A stretch of 10,013 nt of DNA from a virus (lineage: Duplodnaviria; Heunggongvirae; Uroviricota; Caudoviricetes), in the IMG/VR virus record IMGVR_UViG_2778261352_000004, positions 1 through 10,013 of that record; one strand, given 5' to 3'. Below, piece after piece: positions 6,980 to 10,013 of the stretch. Each line of letters starts with the position of its first letter. Position 1 is the stretch's first letter. The notes under the pieces were generated by a model, which was not told where the DNA came from, did not search any database, and was given only the letters and a program-made list of their open reading frames with translations. The translations under genes were made by a program, and so were the position numbers.

Positions 6980-6998
6980 GGCGAGGCGGGGAAAGCAC
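6980..6998. other. cos site: 19-nt P2/P4-type cohesive-end sequence GGCGAGGCGGGGAAAGCAC, uncleaved
   Basis: Exact 19-mer read at 6980-6998, preceded by inverted repeat CCGCCC-N8-GGGCGG (6961-6980). Matches the cohesive end as I recall it for P2/186/P4; spacing from the psu stop fits P4. Confidence 0.75.
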
Positions 6999-7102
6999 TG
7001 CGCGTTAGACTTAACTAAAGTGATTGATTCAGATGCTAAAAACGCGTAGAAAAAGGAATGCAACTACCCCTATCAGTGCTCCTCTTGAAGGATAAATAAA
7101 AA

Positions 7103-8788
7103 ATGAGCATTATTCACGTAAATCAAATTGGCAGTAAAGTTAAGGCATTATTTGCTGATAAAATTGATAACAGTGATCTCAATCATAAAGATAAAGAAAT
7201 ACAAACTAAAATATTGACTCGTTGTCTTTCTGCTTACGCTGTTTTTTGTATTGGAGATACCTCGATAGATGAGGCTGCGTCAGCAGTTGTTGATGGTGCC
7301 GATGATAATGGTATCGATGCAATTCATTATTCTCCTTCAAGTAAGAGGATGATTATTGTTCAATCTAAATGGAAAAAGGATGGAACAGGAGAACCTGATA
7401 ATGGTGATTTGAGGAAGTTTAAAGATGGTGTATTAGACCTCATTAATCTTGAGCTTGATAAATTTAATAACAAAGTAAATCTAAAAAAACAGATGATTGA
7501 AACAGCTTTGGGTGAGTTTGATACAAAATTTGATCTTGTTTTAATTCACACAGGTGCGAATACTCTAAGCAAACATAACCAACAAGTAATGGATTCAATT
7601 CTTAATGAATTAAACGATGCCGGTGATGGAACCAGTGAGGATGTTGTTAGTTTCCACCATCTGAATCAAGCGATAATTCATAGTGGTCTTGCCTCTGGTA
7701 TGGATGGGGAACCAATCGATTTGGAAATCGGTCTTTCACAATGGGGAAAAATTGAAGAGCCACATCAAGGTTTTTTCGGGATTGTAGCTGGTGAGGAGGT
7801 TGCAAATTGGTGGTTAAAAAAAGGGAAAAGACTATTTGCCAAAAATATTAGGCAAATGTTAGGTGCTACTGAAGTTAATGATGAGGTTAAGAGAACAATT
7901 GAGGAACAACCTGAGAATTTTTGGTATTACAATAATGGTATAACTATTGTTGCTGAATCTATAAAAAAATCGATGGTTGGTGGAAATAGTAGAGATATTG
8001 GTTCGTTTAAAGCGAGTAATATAAGCATTGTTAATGGTGCTCAGACTGTAAGCGTAATTGGTAAATATTCGCAAGAAGGAGGGGCAAATCTTGCTAAATT
8101 GCGTTTACCTATCCGATTGATTTCATTAGAAGGTGCGCCAGAAGACTTTGGTGCAAATGTGACAAAAACTAATAACCGTCAAAATAGAATCGAAAGCAGA
8201 GACTTTGTTTCCTTAGATGATGAGCAAATCCGGTTAAAAAGAGAACTATCCTTGGAGGGGATTGAGTATAATATAGTAAGGAGTGAGAATGTTAAGACAT
8301 CGGCTAGCATAATCGATTTATCTGAAGCGACCATTGCATTGGCTTGTGCGTCTACGCAGGTGGGTTTAGCAGTTCAAGCGAAAAGAGAAATAGGTCGATT
8401 CTATGACAATCTTAATAAAGCGCCATATAAAACAATTTTCAACCCGCAAACCAATGGTATTTATTTACGAAATACGGTATTTGCATTACGAAAAATAGAT
8501 GAAATAATTGGCGAAATGATTGCGAACATACCTAAAAAATCTGGTAAAGAGTATGGTGTTCTTGTTCATGGGAATAGGATGTTGGCATTTTTGGTTTTTA
8601 GAAAGTTGATGATACATAAAATCGCAAATAACTTTGATTTTGATATGTCTTCAATTGATTGGTATGAAACCACATCAGATATGCTTGAGAAATTGATGTC
8701 GGAAATTGAAGAGAATTATAAGGATAAGTTTCTTGCTACTTTATTTAAGAACGCAAGTATTTGTAAGGCTATATCCGAGAAAATATAA
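7103..8788 (+). CDS. hotspot cargo: 561-aa protein with N-terminal Mrr-type PD-(D/E)xK nuclease-like motif and AIPR-like (abortive infection) features; candidate single-gene anti-phage defence protein
   Basis: Single long ORF in a strongly AT-rich block flanked by GC-rich satellite DNA. N-terminal GADDNGIDAIHY...MIIVQSKW (D-G-I-D ... Q-x-K; Q87/K89 at 7361-7369). Also WYYNNGIT (7922-7945) and IVNGAQT (from 8027), which I recall as AIPR-type motifs. SD-like AAGGA upstream; stop TAA 8786-8788. Family assignment is from memory of motif patterns, not a search. Confidence 0.55.
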   Translation: MSIIHVNQIGSKVKALFADKIDNSDLNHKDKEIQTKILTRCLSAYAVFCIGDTSIDEAASAVVDGADDNGIDAIHYSPSSKRMIIVQSKWKKDGTGEPDNGDLRKFKDGVLDLINLELDKFNNKVNLKKQMIETALGEFDTKFDLVLIHTGANTLSKHNQQVMDSILNELNDAGDGTSEDVVSFHHLNQAIIHSGLASGMDGEPIDLEIGLSQWGKIEEPHQGFFGIVAGEEVANWWLKKGKRLFAKNIRQMLGATEVNDEVKRTIEEQPENFWYYNNGITIVAESIKKSMVGGNSRDIGSFKASNISIVNGAQTVSVIGKYSQEGGANLAKLRLPIRLISLEGAPEDFGANVTKTNNRQNRIESRDFVSLDDEQIRLKRELSLEGIEYNIVRSENVKTSASIIDLSEATIALACASTQVGLAVQAKREIGRFYDNLNKAPYKTIFNPQTNGIYLRNTVFALRKIDEIIGEMIANIPKKSGKEYGVLVHGNRMLAFLVFRKLMIHKIANNFDFDMSSIDWYETTSDMLEKLMSEIEENYKDKFLATLFKNASICKAISEKI

Positions 8789-8810
8789 TCTGGCACTCCG
8801 TTATATTAAG

Positions 8811-8832
8811 AAATGCCGCTTATGCGGCATTT
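8811..8832. terminator. bidirectional hairpin between convergent cargo and integrase genes (AAATGCCGC-TTAT-GCGGCATTT)
   Basis: 9-bp perfect stem with 4-nt loop, 8811-8832, between the cargo stop (8788) and the integrase stop (8841); A/T-rich flanks on both sides. Confidence 0.5.
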
Positions 8833-8840
8833 GTCTATTA

Positions 8841-10013
8841 TCAGAAAAATGAATAGATATAATTACTATACCATTGCATCATAGAGCGTCTTTTCTCTAA
8901 ATACTGAGCATGGTTATATGTTCCACGAATACTATTTTTATCAACATGTGCCAATTGCATTTCAATCCATGAGCTATCAAACCCTTGTTCGTGCAATATT
9001 GTCGACATGGTATGTCGAAAACCGTGGCCTGTAGCACGGCCTTTGTAGCCAAGTAACTCAATTACCTGTGAAACACTTTCTTTTGAGATCGGCTTGCTAC
9101 GATTGTTCCTTCCAATAAAAATGTATGGGTAATGTCCTGTAATAGGTTTGAGTTGTTTAAATAGGGTAATTACCTGTGTAGATAAGGGAACAATGTGTGG
9201 TCTACGCATTTTCATTCTTTCTGCTGGTATTTCCCATATACCCTTTTCCAGGTCTACTTCATTCCATGTGGCAAAGCGCATTTCCTGAGTTCTTATGCCA
9301 GTTAACATGACTATCTTTGTCGCATTTTTAGTGATGATGCTTCCGGTGTATGCTTCAAGATCTTGAATAAAATAAGGCAACTCTTCGGCAGATAAAAATG
9401 GGTGGTGTTTTTGTTTAGGAACGGTCAGAGCGATAGCTAAATCAGGTGCGGGGTTGTATTCAGCTCGGCCAGTTATGATTGCATAACGAAAGACCTCACC
9501 GCATCTTTGGCGCACTTTTCTGGTCTTCTCTAGTGCTCCTCGTTTCTCTATTCGTCGCAACACTTCAAGCAGTTCTAATGGTTTGATTTCACTGATAGGA
9601 CGTTTACCAATGAACGGGAAGACATCTTGCTCGAATGTCTTAATGATTTCTTCTCGATAGGCTACAGTCCAGCGGTCAGCTTTGTTGGTATGCCATTCTC
9701 GACATATTGCTTCGAAAGAATTTTCTATTGATAGCTTTTGAGCGAGTCTTAAAGCTTTGCGTTCCTCTACCGGGTCAATGCCATTAGCAACCTGCTTACG
9801 GGCGATATCACGCTTCTCACGTGCTTCTGCGAGGCTTACTAAATCGTAGCTGCCAAATGACATTAACCGCGCTTTCCCTGCAAACCGGAAACGGAAACGC
9901 CAGCCTTTCGAGCCATCGGGATTGATAAGCAATGACAGACCTTGTCCATCGTTCAATGTGTATGGTTTGTCTTGTGGTTTTGCGCGTTTGATCTGTATAT
10001 CGGTTAGAGCCAT
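8841..10013 (-). CDS. int: tyrosine site-specific integrase (P4-type, N-terminal arm-binding domain), 390 aa, complete
   Basis: ATG at the last three window bases (10013-10011); N-terminus MALTDIQIKRAKPQDKPYTLNDGQGLSL typical of P4-family integrases. Catalytic-type motifs LTGIRTQE, HGFRHT, LAHVD and RGTYNHAQY; stop TGA 8843-8841. Any SD or promoter lies outside the window. Confidence 0.9.
   Translation of the reverse strand: MALTDIQIKRAKPQDKPYTLNDGQGLSLLINPDGSKGWRFRFRFAGKARLMSFGSYDLVSLAEAREKRDIARKQVANGIDPVEERKALRLAQKLSIENSFEAICREWHTNKADRWTVAYREEIIKTFEQDVFPFIGKRPISEIKPLELLEVLRRIEKRGALEKTRKVRQRCGEVFRYAIITGRAEYNPAPDLAIALTVPKQKHHPFLSAEELPYFIQDLEAYTGSIITKNATKIVMLTGIRTQEMRFATWNEVDLEKGIWEIPAERMKMRRPHIVPLSTQVITLFKQLKPITGHYPYIFIGRNNRSKPISKESVSQVIELLGYKGRATGHGFRHTMSTILHEQGFDSSWIEMQLAHVDKNSIRGTYNHAQYLEKRRSMMQWYSNYIYSFF

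Larger units (their letters stand above)
1..10013. mobile_element. P4-like phage satellite, near-complete internal portion (att sites, tRNA target and crr lie outside the window)
   Basis: Co-linear set of P4 hallmark genes in P4 order: alpha, orf106/orf151-size ORFs, vis/alpA, iteron origin, sid-delta-psu, 19-nt cos, cargo gene, integrase. Gene sizes match recalled P4 values (alpha 777, Sid 244, Delta 166, Psu 190 aa). Confidence 0.9.

Noticed and set aside
6803-7063. Minus-strand 86-aa ORF spanning the psu terminator and cos
   Set aside because: It overlaps the cos 19-mer and the terminator hairpin and has no RBS; the cos region is expected to be non-coding.
7020-7102. Candidate sigma70 promoter for the cargo gene (TTGATT ... 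TAGAAA-like hexamers)
   Set aside because: Matches are weak (about 4 of 6 each) in AT-rich DNA where such hexamers occur by chance; the gene may instead be read through from upstream or have a promoter I cannot identify.
7859-8074. Minus-strand 71-aa ORF inside the cargo gene
   Set aside because: Antisense frame within a 561-aa ORF in AT-rich DNA, with a low-complexity translation.
8600-8617. Rx4H (HEPN-like) motif, RKLMIH, near the C-terminus of the cargo protein
   Set aside because: A single Rx4H occurrence is common by chance and there is no supporting helical context I can verify; not used for the functional call.
1-10013. tRNA or att site expected next to a P4-type integrase
   Set aside because: No tRNA-like cloverleaf or direct-repeat att core is evident within the window; the integrase start is at the window edge, so the attachment site is presumably beyond position 10013.

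Overview
The window is almost entirely a P4-like phage satellite (helper-dependent, P2-parasitising element), read here from the sequence and from recalled knowledge of P4; no searches were run. On the minus strand lie the replication and immunity genes: alpha primase-helicase (777 aa, complete), orf106-like, orf151-like, a 95-aa epsilon-position gene, a 65-aa kil-position gene and vis/alpA. An AT-rich origin with six TGTTCACC iterons and two TGT-N12-ACA activator sites separates vis from the plus-strand sid-delta-psu operon, which is followed by an intact 19-nt cos site. Between cos and a complete minus-strand tyrosine integrase sits one strongly AT-rich 561-aa cargo gene with an Mrr-type nuclease motif. 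This cargo gene, a candidate single-gene anti-phage defence protein in the psu-cos-int hotspot, is the most interesting feature. The immunity leader also shows a candidate small RNA and a three-part sense/antisense repeat system. Functional names for the small left-operon genes are by position and size only.
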